Shown: positions 20,376 through 29,825 of the stretch, one piece after another | How the letters are laid out: each line of letters begins with the position of its first letter | Numbering within the stretch: position 1 is the first letter of the stretch | Assembly: GCA_963663865.1 (NCBI GenBank) | Contig: OY760686.1 | Coordinates: forward strand, 1,664,001-1,728,000 | DNA length: 64,000 bases | DNA from: Spirochaetota bacterium | Lineage (GTDB): Bacteria > Spirochaetota > UBA4802 > UBA5550 | Direction of reading: 5' to 3' | Made by a program: the position numbers and the translations under genes | The notes under the pieces: generated by a model | Database searches by the model: none | Seen by the model: only the letters and a program-made list of their open reading frames with translations | What the model was told of the DNA's origin: nothing

Positions 20376-21461
20376 ATGAGGACGCATATGTCCTATAAAA
20401 TACCCTCTCTTCCTCATTCTGGCGATATCGAAACGGTTTCAGTGCTGAAAAAAGCAGCTTCAGCACATCGTTATCTGGCAGAACTAAAAGGCCTCTCCCG
20501 CAGTATTCCAAATCAGGGAATTTTGATTAATACCCTGTCGCTCCAGGAGGCAAAAGACAGCTCTGCCATTGAAAATATTATAACTACCCATGATGAACTT
20601 TACAGGGAAGAGCTTTTTCCTGAATACGCTGTCAATGCCTCCGCCAAGGAGGTCAGAAATTATGTAAGTGCGCTGAAAACAGGTTTTGAACTGGTTAAAA
20701 AAGATAACCTGTTTACAAATAATCACATTCTCATTATTCAGTCAGAGCTTGAAAAAAACAGGGCAGGTTTTCGGAAACTTCCAGGGACAGAATTGAAAAA
20801 TGAACAGACAGGCCAAATCGTTTACACGCCGCCCCAGATAGCTGATGAAATTATTAAGCTCATGGGCAACCTTGAACAATTTATTAATGATGATTCTCTG
20901 AGTTCTCTTGACCCGCTTATAAAAATGGCGCTTATACATCACCAGTTTGAAAGCATCCATCCGTTTTATGACGCGAACGGGCGCACAGGGAGGATTATTA
21001 ATGTTTTGTATCTTGTGTTGAAAGGTCTCCTTGATATACCGGTGTTATATCTGAGCCGTTATCTGGTTCATAATAAATCTGCATATTATAATAATCTACA
21101 AAGAGTACGCGATACGGGCGACTGGGAATCATGGATTATGTATATGCTTGATGGGGTGGAAACAACTTCGCGCAAGACTATTTATATGGTAGAGCAGATT
21201 GGTATAGCCCTCAGTCAGTATAAACATGGAATCAGAGGGTCATGTAAATTCTATAGTCAGGATCTTATTAACAATCTGTTTTTTCACCCGTACACAAAAA
21301 TTGAATTTCTGCAAAAAGCTCTCAAAATATCAAGGCTGACTGCGGCTAAGTATCTTGAAATCCTTGTATCAGAGGGGTATCTTCAAAAAGAAAAAATCGG
21401 TAAATCAAATTATTATATCAACAAAGCATTGTTTGAAATACTGACAAAAGGGAATATATAA
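20376..21461 (+). CDS. Fic family AMPylase (N-terminal inhibitory motif, C-terminal HTH)
   Basis: HPFYDANGRTGR Fic motif and SSAIEN inhibitory motif. Confidence 0.9.
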   Translation: MRTHMSYKIPSLPHSGDIETVSVLKKAASAHRYLAELKGLSRSIPNQGILINTLSLQEAKDSSAIENIITTHDELYREELFPEYAVNASAKEVRNYVSALKTGFELVKKDNLFTNNHILIIQSELEKNRAGFRKLPGTELKNEQTGQIVYTPPQIADEIIKLMGNLEQFINDDSLSSLDPLIKMALIHHQFESIHPFYDANGRTGRIINVLYLVLKGLLDIPVLYLSRYLVHNKSAYYNNLQRVRDTGDWESWIMYMLDGVETTSRKTIYMVEQIGIALSQYKHGIRGSCKFYSQDLINNLFFHPYTKIEFLQKALKISRLTAAKYLEILVSEGYLQKEKIGKSNYYINKALFEILTKGNI

Positions 21462-23971
21462 TGAGTAGAGATTTCTTTCCGCAAAGGCCCGCGGCAAATC
21501 CAAAAATCTATGCCTATGAAGATACCAATCCGCAATACACCGGTCTTCTCAAGGTAGGTTATACTACTATCGATGTTCAGGCCCGCGTTAAACAGCAGTA
21601 TCCCACTCTACGTCCCGGCGACCTGCCGTACAAAATCGTGCTTGAAATATCCGCAATGCGGAATGACGGAACTGTATTCAACGATCATGATGTTCATCGG
21701 TTTTTAAGGAAAAAAGGTATTAGAAATCCTGAAGGTGAATGGTTCAAGTGTTCAGTCGATGATGTTATTGCGGCGATTATTTCAATAAAAACCGGAATGA
21801 TAATTGAAGATAATCGTACTCTGGATTTCAAAATGCGCCCTGAACAGGCTGCGGCCGTGGAAAAAGCGGCATTATATTTCAAGAGTTTCAGAAAAGAAAA
21901 TCCTGAAAAAACACCTCACTTCCTGTGGAATGCTAAAATGCGCTTTGGTAAAACCTTTGCAGCATATCAACTCGCAAGAAGAATGAAATGGAAAAGACTG
22001 CTGGTTTTGACTTTTAAACCCGCGGTGCAAAACGCCTGGGAAGAAGATATTAAGAGTCATATTGATTTTAAAGGGTGGCAGTTCATTTCCCGTAATGGAA
22101 TGAGCTATGAAGAAATTGATAAAACCAGGCCCTATGTCTGTTTCGGTTCATTTCAGGATTATCTTGGGAGAAACAATGCCGGCGGAATAAAAGCAAAGAA
22201 TGAATGGGTACACACGACAAAGTGGGATTGTGTAGTCCTTGATGAATATCACTATGGAGCCTGGAGAGAAAACGCCAGAGATTTATTTGAGGCCGAAGAA
22301 AACAGAGAAGAAAAATTCGGCAAAGGAGAAGGAATAGAATTATTTGATGAAGCAATTATGCCTATTACAACAGGTGCATATCTATATCTTTCGGGTACCC
22401 CTTTTAGAGCAATAACTTCAGGTGAATTTATTGAAGAACAAATATATAACTGGACCTACTCTGATGAACAGAGGGCAAAAGAGGAATGGGTTGGTAATGA
22501 CAATCCCTATGTTTCATTGCCGAGAATGGTTATGATGACATATCAGCTTCCTGATTCTATTCGGGAAATAGCGATGAAGGGGGAGTATGATGAATTTGAT
22601 TTGAATACTTTTTTTTCTGCTGAAGGTCAGGGGGATGATGCGAAATTTCTATTCAAGGACGAAGTCCAGAAGTGGCTTGATTTGATCAGAGGTTCATTTC
22701 TTGAAACATCAGTCGATAATCTTAAACTGGGAGCAAAAAAGCCACCACTTCCATTTTCAGATACGCGTCTGTTGAATGTTTTGTCACACACATTCTGGTT
22801 TTTACCGAGCGTACCTTCCTGCCATGCCATGAAGAATTTGCTGTCAGAGAAACAGAACAGCTTTTATCATGATTATAAAGTGATTGTAGCCGCCGGTCCC
22901 GGTGCGGGTATAGGCGTAAATGCCTTACCGCCGGTATTAGACCAGATGGAAAATCCGCTGGAATCAAAATCAGTTACTCTTTCCTGCGGAAAGCTGACTA
23001 CTGGCATTTCTGTTAAACCCTGGACAGGAATCTTCATGCTTCGAAATACTTCAAGCCCGGAAACATATTTTCAAGCCGCATTTCGTGTGCAGACTCCATG
23101 GACTGTCAAAAACCCGGACAGCATATCGCCGAACAAAGAAGAAATAATCAAAAAAGAATGCTATGTTTTTGATTTCGCGCCCGACAGGGCATTAAGACAG
23201 ATTGCAGAATACAGCTGTCGTCTTAACGTGGATGAGTCAAACCCTGAGAATAAAGTTAAGGAGTTTATCAGCTTTCTCCCTGTGTTGGCCTACGATGGCA
23301 GTTCTATGAAAAGAATTGACGCGGCTGGTATTTTAGACATGGCCATGAGCGGTACAACAGCGACATTGCTCGCAAGACGATGGGAAAGCGCGTTGCTGGT
23401 AAATGTGGACAATGATACACTTCAACGTCTTATGAAGAATGAAGCAGCAATGAAAGCCTTGATGAATATTGAAGGGTTTAGGAACCTCAATCAGGATATT
23501 GAAACAATAATCAATAAATCTGAATCGATCAAAAAGATAAAAAATACTGCGAATGAAAGGGATTTATCTGATAAAGAAAAGAAACATCTCAGCGATGAGG
23601 AAAGGGAGTATAAAAATTTAAGGAAGCAGATCCAGGAGAAGCTTATTAAATTCGCAACCCGGATTCCAGTTTTTATGTATCTGACTGATTATCGTGAACA
23701 GACTCTAAAGGATGTTATAACACAGCTTGAGCCGGGACTTTTTAAAAAAGTAACCGGAATTACCGTCAAAGATTTTGAATTGCTAGTAAGTCTTGGAGTT
23801 TTCAACAGCGCCTTGATGAACGATGCTGTTTATAAATTCAAAAGATATGAGGATTCAAGTCTGTCTTACACCGGCATTAATAAACATGAGGATGAAAATA
23901 TTGGTCTTTATGATACTGTAATTAGTCCAATTGAATTTATTTCGGCTTATGGGAAAGTTGCGGATAGTTAA
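21461..23971 (+). CDS. GIY-YIG/T5orf172-like nuclease fused to an SF2 helicase (restriction-type subunit)
   Basis: N-terminal IYAY..KVGYT..RVKQQ..EWF; Walker A MRFGKT, Walker B DEYH, SGTP and YFQAAFRVQ. Confidence 0.8.
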   Translation: MSRDFFPQRPAANPKIYAYEDTNPQYTGLLKVGYTTIDVQARVKQQYPTLRPGDLPYKIVLEISAMRNDGTVFNDHDVHRFLRKKGIRNPEGEWFKCSVDDVIAAIISIKTGMIIEDNRTLDFKMRPEQAAAVEKAALYFKSFRKENPEKTPHFLWNAKMRFGKTFAAYQLARRMKWKRLLVLTFKPAVQNAWEEDIKSHIDFKGWQFISRNGMSYEEIDKTRPYVCFGSFQDYLGRNNAGGIKAKNEWVHTTKWDCVVLDEYHYGAWRENARDLFEAEENREEKFGKGEGIELFDEAIMPITTGAYLYLSGTPFRAITSGEFIEEQIYNWTYSDEQRAKEEWVGNDNPYVSLPRMVMMTYQLPDSIREIAMKGEYDEFDLNTFFSAEGQGDDAKFLFKDEVQKWLDLIRGSFLETSVDNLKLGAKKPPLPFSDTRLLNVLSHTFWFLPSVPSCHAMKNLLSEKQNSFYHDYKVIVAAGPGAGIGVNALPPVLDQMENPLESKSVTLSCGKLTTGISVKPWTGIFMLRNTSSPETYFQAAFRVQTPWTVKNPDSISPNKEEIIKKECYVFDFAPDRALRQIAEYSCRLNVDESNPENKVKEFISFLPVLAYDGSSMKRIDAAGILDMAMSGTTATLLARRWESALLVNVDNDTLQRLMKNEAAMKALMNIEGFRNLNQDIETIINKSESIKKIKNTANERDLSDKEKKHLSDEEREYKNLRKQIQEKLIKFATRIPVFMYLTDYREQTLKDVITQLEPGLFKKVTGITVKDFELLVSLGVFNSALMNDAVYKFKRYEDSSLSYTGINKHEDENIGLYDTVISPIEFISAYGKVADS

Positions 23972-24188
23972 ACATTTTCTGAATTACTTGCAAGTTTAAT
24001 TGACTGGTAAGGGGGGGGCTGGGTTTTTCCGGCGGTTCGCATAACAGGGAGAAACCTGTACCCTGCTTGAGTTATAGGCAATATCGCGCCAGGGCAGAAA
24101 GAAAAAGATAGATTGATAATGCGGAAGATATTAAAATCCCCACGCCCCAGGAAGCCCGGCGTTCATGCCGGGCTGAAGAGAAGGAAAA

Positions 24189-24436
24189 ATGTATTATAAA
24201 TGGCAAAGACAAAAGCAGCACCGAAAAAAAGGTTCGGAGAAAACGTCGGAGAAAACGTCGGAGAAAATCATCAAAGCGATTCTTTTAGACCCTCAGATCA
24301 CAATAGCCGAACTTGCCAATATAACCGGCGTTACCACCCGTTCAGTTGAAAGAAATATTGGTTCGCTCAGGAAAGCAGGGCGGTTAACGCGGAATGGACC
24401 GATAAGGGCGGACACTGGGAGGTAATAGTTGATTAA
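24189..24436 (+). pseudogene. Frameshifted winged-HTH C-terminal fragment
   Basis: SEKT tandem repeats then ITIAELA...RSVERNI; the expected ending GPDKGGHWEV is shifted by one base (GGACC GAT AAG GGC GGA CAC TGG GAG GTA). Confidence 0.6.
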
Positions 24437-24700
24437 ATTAACTGAAGAAAAACTTGAACAGGCCAGGACCAGATGGCAATGCTTTTCGGAAATTCCGAAT
24501 AACCACTCTATGAGTCTAACCCGTATAATACGGACAGAGGGTTAAGCCGAAAATATTAATATTGAGGTTTAATATGGTTCCGCTTAGCTTCACCCAGATT
24601 ATGTTTCACTGCGTTTCGCAGTTACTTCATATAGCCGTGAAATGTCAGATGAAGCAACATAGTCACCATCAGCTTCATCCCGCGCATAAGGAGGTCAGCC

Positions 24701-25525
24701 ATGAAGATAAAAAAAGCGAATGTTGCCGGAATGTTCTATCCTGCCGATCCTGATGAGCTTCGTCTGATAATACGCAGATTTCATGCGGCAGTTGAACTCC
24801 CGTTATTCCAGGGGCACATCCTCGGGATAATTTCACCTCATGCCGGATACATATATTCCGGGCAGGTTGCCGCGTACGGCTACAGGGCGCTTGAAAAAGA
24901 ACTGCCCGAAACGGTGATAATCCTGGCGCCTTCGCACAGGGCCAGGTTTGGGGGAGCGGCCCTGATCAGCGAGGGGAGCTATGAGACACCGCTCGGTATC
25001 GTGGAAATTGATGATGTCATCGGCAAGAGGCTGGCGTCCGAGAGGTTTTTTACTGATATTCCGGAGGTGTTTAATATGGAACACTCACTTGAGGTGCAGA
25101 TACCTTTCATTCAGTACAGCTTTCCGGAGTGCAGAATAGTACCTGTTATAATCGGGACCACTGATATCGATATCTGCTCTGCGATTGGAAACGCGGTCCA
25201 TGAAGCTTCTGCCTCGGTGAAAGGACATACGGCGATAGTCATGTCTACAGATCTGTCCCATTATCATGGGTATGATACAGCCGTAAGCATGGACCAGAGG
25301 GCGATCAGGGCCATTGAGCGCTGTGACCCGGAGTTTCTGCAAAACACCCTGGCTTCGGGAGCAGCTGAGGCGTGCGGCGAGGGGCCCCTTGCTGCCGGTT
25401 TAAGCGCCTGCAGTAAATCGGGCAACACGGAAGTCCATGTCCTGAAATACGCCAATTCGGGAGATACTGCAGGCGACAGGTCGCAGGTTGTCGGATACGT
25501 TTCAGCCGTTGTGACGGGAGAGTGA
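24701..25525 (+). CDS. amrB: AmmeMemoRadiSam system protein B (MEMO1 family)
   Basis: VAGMFYP, PHAGYIYSG, EHSLEVQIPF, STDLSHY, ACG, NSGD and VVGY motifs. Confidence 0.9.
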   Translation: MKIKKANVAGMFYPADPDELRLIIRRFHAAVELPLFQGHILGIISPHAGYIYSGQVAAYGYRALEKELPETVIILAPSHRARFGGAALISEGSYETPLGIVEIDDVIGKRLASERFFTDIPEVFNMEHSLEVQIPFIQYSFPECRIVPVIIGTTDIDICSAIGNAVHEASASVKGHTAIVMSTDLSHYHGYDTAVSMDQRAIRAIERCDPEFLQNTLASGAAEACGEGPLAAGLSACSKSGNTEVHVLKYANSGDTAGDRSQVVGYVSAVVTGE

Positions 25526-26040
25526 GGAGCAGGGTTTTTTGGGGCAGGGAGCCTGCCATCCATCTTCACGCTGAGAGCGTGGACATTTTTCTGTGCGGAG
25601 CGCACGGGCATTTCTTTCGCCACTTTTTTGTCGCGCCACAAAAAATTCATCTGTTTTCTATAGCAGGGAGCCTGCCGGCTGTTTTTCACGCTGAGAGCGT
25701 GAGACCTTTTTCTTCGCCCCTTTCGTCCGGGTTTTTTGCCGTAGGCTTTAACTCGCTCAGCTTCGCGACTCGCATTTTTGGCAGGGAGCCTGCCGTTCTT
25801 TTTCACACTGGGAGTGTGAGACCCTTTTCTTCGTCACTTTCGTCCGGGCGAAAGTGACCAAAGCCCGCGCCTCAGGCGCCGGCGGGGCTTAGCTATTGTG
25901 GGTACAAGGCTATTTCAACGCCGGTATCATCATCCTGATGAACCGGCGCCCGGGCGATTTGCGTCCATGCAAATCGTACTGGTTGGGTTGTTGAAGTAGT
26001 GTGTCTGAAACCCCTTCAATCCGCTATAATGTTTGAAGCG
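25526..26040. repeat. Modular palindromic repeat, copy R1
   Basis: Three (G)GCAGGGAGCCTGCC...CACRCTGRGAGYGTG units (25543, 25663, 25780), GGCTTTAACTCGCTCAGC, and a ~170 bp block (25861-26032) shared with R2 and R3. Confidence 0.9.
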
Positions 26041-26045
26041 TGCCT

Positions 26046-26531
26046 TTATTTTGCTGTGCTGTGCGACGAACCAATACCAGTGATAAGCTCATTGATTTTT
26101 ATCCTGAGCTCAGTTATCTGATGCAGCGACAGCCCTGTTCCGCAGATAAGCTTTTCAGGTATCGCGGCAGCCTGTTGCTTCAGTTCGGCGCCTTTCGCAG
26201 TCAGGCTGACTATGACCCGTCTTTCGTCTGCGGTGTCCCGTCTGCGTTCGATAAGTCCCGATGATTCGAGCTTTTTCAGCAGCGGGGTGAGCGTTCCGGA
26301 GTCGAGGATTAGCCTTTCCCCGATTTCGCTTACACTGAGGCTGCTGCTCTCCCATAGCACAAGCATGGTTATATACTGAGGATAGGTGAGGCCCAATTCG
26401 TTGAGCAGGGGCCTGTACCTGGCAGTGATGATCCTCGATGCCGCGTAAAGTGAGAAGCATAGCTGATTGTCAAGCTTCAGCGCATCATCGCTGCGCAGGT
26501 CTTTATTTTCCAAGCAGTTTTCTGATGTCAT
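26046..26531 (-). CDS. ohrR: OhrR-type MarR regulator
   Basis: LKLDNQLCFSLY (redox Cys), LTYPQY, LDSGTLTPLLKKLE and DERRV motifs. Confidence 0.88.
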   Translation of the reverse strand: MTSENCLENKDLRSDDALKLDNQLCFSLYAASRIITARYRPLLNELGLTYPQYITMLVLWESSSLSVSEIGERLILDSGTLTPLLKKLESSGLIERRRDTADERRVIVSLTAKGAELKQQAAAIPEKLICGTGLSLHQITELRIKINELITGIGSSHSTAK

Positions 26532-26991
26532 TTTCAATCCTTTCCGGTCTTGTTGACGGAGCATATCTTTTGATGACATTACCGTCTCTATCAACCAGGA
26601 ATTTTGTGAAGTTCCACTTGATTCTCTTTGCGAGAAAGCCGCGTGCGTTATTCTTTAAGTAAACGTAGAGAGGGTGTGTTTCCTTTCCGTTTACGTTTAT
26701 CTTGCTGAAGAGCGGGAAGCTCACATTGTAATTCAATTGGCAGAAAGATTTAATATCTTCCTCTGTGCCGGGTTCCTGTTTTAGAAAGTCATTTGAAGGA
26801 GAACCAAGTACCTTGAACCCATCCTCTGCATATTTTCTGTGAAGAGCTTCAAGACCCTCGTATTGTGGTGTTAAGCCGCATTTGCTTGCCGTATTTACGA
26901 TCAGGAGGACATCACCACGGAACTGTTCCATCTGAATCAGGTTTCCGTCAATTGTCCTTATGTTTATCCTGTAAAAATTGTCTTTGTTCAT
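26503..26991 (-). CDS. Glutathione peroxidase (Cys-type)
   Basis: NTASKCGLTPQY, QEPG and IKWNFTKFLVD motifs; the catalytic codon is TGC. Confidence 0.92.
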   Translation of the reverse strand: MNKDNFYRINIRTIDGNLIQMEQFRGDVLLIVNTASKCGLTPQYEGLEALHRKYAEDGFKVLGSPSNDFLKQEPGTEEDIKSFCQLNYNVSFPLFSKINVNGKETHPLYVYLKNNARGFLAKRIKWNFTKFLVDRDGNVIKRYAPSTRPERIENDIRKLLGK

Positions 26992-27008
26992 AAAAGCCTC
27001 GTGTAAAA

Positions 27009-27050
27009 TTATATTGAGTACAATATAAATATCCATTCCATCCTCGTCAA
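27009..27050 (-). promoter_or_regulatory. Sigma70-type promoter of gpx-ohrR with an overlapping palindromic operator
   Basis: Minus strand TTGACG-17nt-TATATT; perfect inverted repeat TTATATTG-agta-CAATATAA (27009-27028) overlaps the -10 box. Confidence 0.6.
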
Positions 27051-27150
27051 TATAAAATATCTTAAATGTTAAATTAATCAGTTATTGCAGTTGACAAAAG
27101 ATGGCATAAGGTAATAAAAAGTAGCGAAATGTAACAAGAGAGAGGCAGGC

Positions 27151-27606
27151 ATGACACTTTTAACAGTTGATGCGGTTGCAGAAATTCTTTCGGTCCATAC
27201 GCGGACTGTCAGACGGTATATCAAGGAAAAAAGGCTGTCGGCGCAGAAGGTCGGCGGTCAGTGGAGGGTGACTCCGGATTCCCTGAAGCTGTTTATGGGC
27301 ATTGACAGCTTTGAGGAGATAGCAAACAGAAATCATTCTGAAGAAAGAAATATTAAGTTCAGTCATGATTTCAGCTCTGTGGAGAGAATAACGGTTTCTG
27401 CAGTTGTTGATGTTCTGGTCAGATCAAGGGATGAAGCTGACAGAATCTCCGCTACAGTACTGGCTGCAATTCAGTGCAGAGAGGGCTCCGGCGGAGCAAG
27501 ATGCGACTGCATATTTCATGAGTATGAGGGAAAACTCAGATTTATGCTCTGGGGTACTCCTGATTTTATCAGCAGAATGATGCAGAGCCTTGAAGTAATA
27601 GTGTAA
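27151..27606 (+). CDS. Excisionase-like (HTH_17) DNA-binding protein
   Basis: LLTVDAVAEILSVHTRTVRRYIKEKRLSAQKVGGQWRV. Confidence 0.8.
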   Translation: MTLLTVDAVAEILSVHTRTVRRYIKEKRLSAQKVGGQWRVTPDSLKLFMGIDSFEEIANRNHSEERNIKFSHDFSSVERITVSAVVDVLVRSRDEADRISATVLAAIQCREGSGGARCDCIFHEYEGKLRFMLWGTPDFISRMMQSLEVIV

Positions 27607-27608
27607 AA

Positions 27609-28484
27609 GTGAAATTAGTATACAGAGGAAGGTGTATGAAAACTGGTCCATTTTTTAGAAGTGAAATGTACAAAAATGCAATATTTGAACGCTATGATTC
27701 GGTTCTTGCCGGTTGGATTAAGGCGGAGCGGATGAATGTATCAACACGTTTCGGTAATACGCATGTTATAGCCTCCGGCACCAGAGATAAAACGCCCCTT
27801 GTCCTGCTGCACGGTTCGGCATCAAATTCATCAGTGTGGACTGGAGAACTGAAAGCGCTTGAAGCTGATTTCACGGTGTACGCGATCGACATACCGGGGG
27901 AAGCCGGAAGGAGTGAAGAAGTCAGGCCGGCTTTGAATGATGACAGCTTTATCGAGTGGATGGAAGATGTCTATAAAGGACTGGAGATTAAAAATGCCGT
28001 AGTTTGCGGAGTTTCTCTCGGGGGCTGGATTGCCGTTAAATGGGCTTCCAGTCACAGTGAGTGTGTATCAGGTCTTGTCCTTGTTTCAACGGGCGGTGTT
28101 GTTAATCCTAAAGGGTTATTTCTTCTGAAAGCGGTATTCCATGCTTTAAGAGGACGGAAGGGGGCCGACGGATTTATGAAAATGCTTTTTGGAAAAATGG
28201 AAATTGATGAAGAAGTCCGTGATTACTTCAGGCTCATGGCGGAGGGGTTTTCTCCGAGGACCGGTTCAATCCCTCTTTTCAGTAATGAATTACTGGCCCG
28301 GCTGAATATGCCGGTCCTGTATATTGGAGGCGCGGATGATGAATTCTACGACAGCAGGAAGGCGGCTTCCCGCCTGACAGAAATTGTTTCACATGCACAG
28401 ACAATAATACTGGAAAATACAGGACATGTCGTAACAGGGATTGGTGAGATGATTAAGGACTTTGACCGGGGTGTGTTGCAGTAG
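27609..28484 (+). CDS. Alpha/beta hydrolase
   Basis: LLHGS, DIPG..G.S, nucleophile elbow GVSLGG and C-terminal TGH. Confidence 0.88.
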   Translation: MKLVYRGRCMKTGPFFRSEMYKNAIFERYDSVLAGWIKAERMNVSTRFGNTHVIASGTRDKTPLVLLHGSASNSSVWTGELKALEADFTVYAIDIPGEAGRSEEVRPALNDDSFIEWMEDVYKGLEIKNAVVCGVSLGGWIAVKWASSHSECVSGLVLVSTGGVVNPKGLFLLKAVFHALRGRKGADGFMKMLFGKMEIDEEVRDYFRLMAEGFSPRTGSIPLFSNELLARLNMPVLYIGGADDEFYDSRKAASRLTEIVSHAQTIILENTGHVVTGIGEMIKDFDRGVLQ

Positions 28485-29225
28485 GGTTTAACTCGCTCAG
28501 CTGCGCTGTGCGACTTGCATTTTGGCAGGGTGCCTGCCTGTCATTTTTCACACTGGGAGTGTGAGACCTTTTTCTTCGTCACTTTCGTCCGGGGTGTGTT
28601 GCCGTGGGCTTTAACTCGCTCAGCTGTGCGACACGCTTTTCTTCTGGCAGGGAGCCTGCCGTCAATTTTCACGCTGAGAACGTGGTACATCTTTTGCCGC
28701 TTTTTGACCGGCCAAAAAGCGGCGGTAAAAAGCCGTTCCTCAGGCGCCGGAAGGGCTTGACTTTTTACTGTTACCAAACTATTGCAGCGCCGTTATCATC
28801 ATCCTGATGAAACGGCACCCAGGCGATTTGCGTCCATGCAAATCGCACTGGTTGCATTGTTGAAGCAGTGTGCCTGCAGTTTTTTAATTCCGCCATTATG
28901 TTACAGCCAGCCATAGGACATCCATGTCCTGAGAATTAGTTACTGTGAAATATTCCGAGGAGTGACAGCTTTATTATGTCAGGCTCCTTCGGAGCCGGAA
29001 GGCGCAGCGTCCTGCTGCGCTTGAGTGATTATGCATTTTGGACATATTACGTTATCATATTGATTTAACAGGCATTAGGTTTTGGCACCCGGTAGAGCCG
29101 CCCAATTTGGGCGGCTCTACCTCATCGTGACACAGTCCCCCGGGGGTGGCAAGAGGAGGAGAGCCGAAGGACGTAACTTGCCGGCAGAGGCAGGGTCGCT
29201 TCGCACAAAAAAACGGAGTAGAATA
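28459..29225. repeat. Modular palindromic repeat, copy R2
   Basis: Two tandem ~122 bp units, a block shared with R1 and R3 (28730-28902), a block shared with R4 (28912-29026), and a GTAG palindrome at 29091-29121. Confidence 0.9.
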
Positions 29226-29340
29226 TGTTCAAAGGGGAAGACCTCAGCACGAAACTTTTTTATAAAAGAAAATTGGTGAAGAAAAAGTCTTGAATATTAT
29301 ACTGATAATGGAAAAGCTATTTAAGAATATGGAGAATTTG

Positions 29341-29583
29341 ATGCCAACTATATTTGAGTGGAATGGATACAGGTTTTTTTTCTTTTCAAATGAGGGAACT
29401 CCTCTTGAACCGGCTCATGTACATGTCAGAAATGGTTCGAATATTGCGAAATTCTGGCTGATTCCTGAAGTTAAAGTTGCAAAATCATGGGGACTCACTT
29501 CCAGAGAATTAAATACGCTTGAATTAATTGTAGAAGAAAATAAAAATTTGATTATGGAGAAATGGAATGAATTCTTCAATTGA
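29341..29583 (+). CDS. DUF4160 family protein (putative toxin-antitoxin component)
   Basis: MPTIF...GYRFFFFSNE...HVHV...AKFWL...WNEFF. Confidence 0.85.
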   Translation: MPTIFEWNGYRFFFFSNEGTPLEPAHVHVRNGSNIAKFWLIPEVKVAKSWGLTSRELNTLELIVEENKNLIMEKWNEFFN

Positions 29584-29821
29584 AGACGTAAGAGCTCACA
29601 GGGTTTGGTTCGATAATGATAATATCTGGATATTGTTTACGGATGGACGTCAACTTGCTGTGCCTTACGCATATTTCCCTCGTCTGCAAAAAGCTACGCC
29701 TGATCAAAGAGAAAAGTTTCAAATGAGTGGCGGAGGCCTCGGGCTTCATTGGGAGGAGTTGGATGAGGATATCAGTGTTCCTCATTTGCTTCTTGGTTCA
29801 TCAATGAAAATTGCTGTATAA
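29567..29821 (+). CDS. DUF2442 family protein (putative toxin-antitoxin partner)
   Basis: F.DGRQLAVP..YFPRL..AT..QR and GLHWEELDEDISV; overlaps the DUF4160 gene. Confidence 0.85.
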   Translation: MNSSIEDVRAHRVWFDNDNIWILFTDGRQLAVPYAYFPRLQKATPDQREKFQMSGGGLGLHWEELDEDISVPHLLLGSSMKIAV

Positions 29822-29825
29822 ATAT

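Noticed and set aside
25543-25820. CRISPR array (unit A recurring every ~119 bp)
   Set aside because: The intervening sequences are ~80 bp and are themselves repeated, the units are degenerate, and no cas gene is in the window.
27151-27606. Prophage or ICE inferred from the excisionase-like gene
   Set aside because: No integrase, att-flanked tRNA, structural or conjugation genes are present; the protein looks like a regulator paired with a hydrolase.
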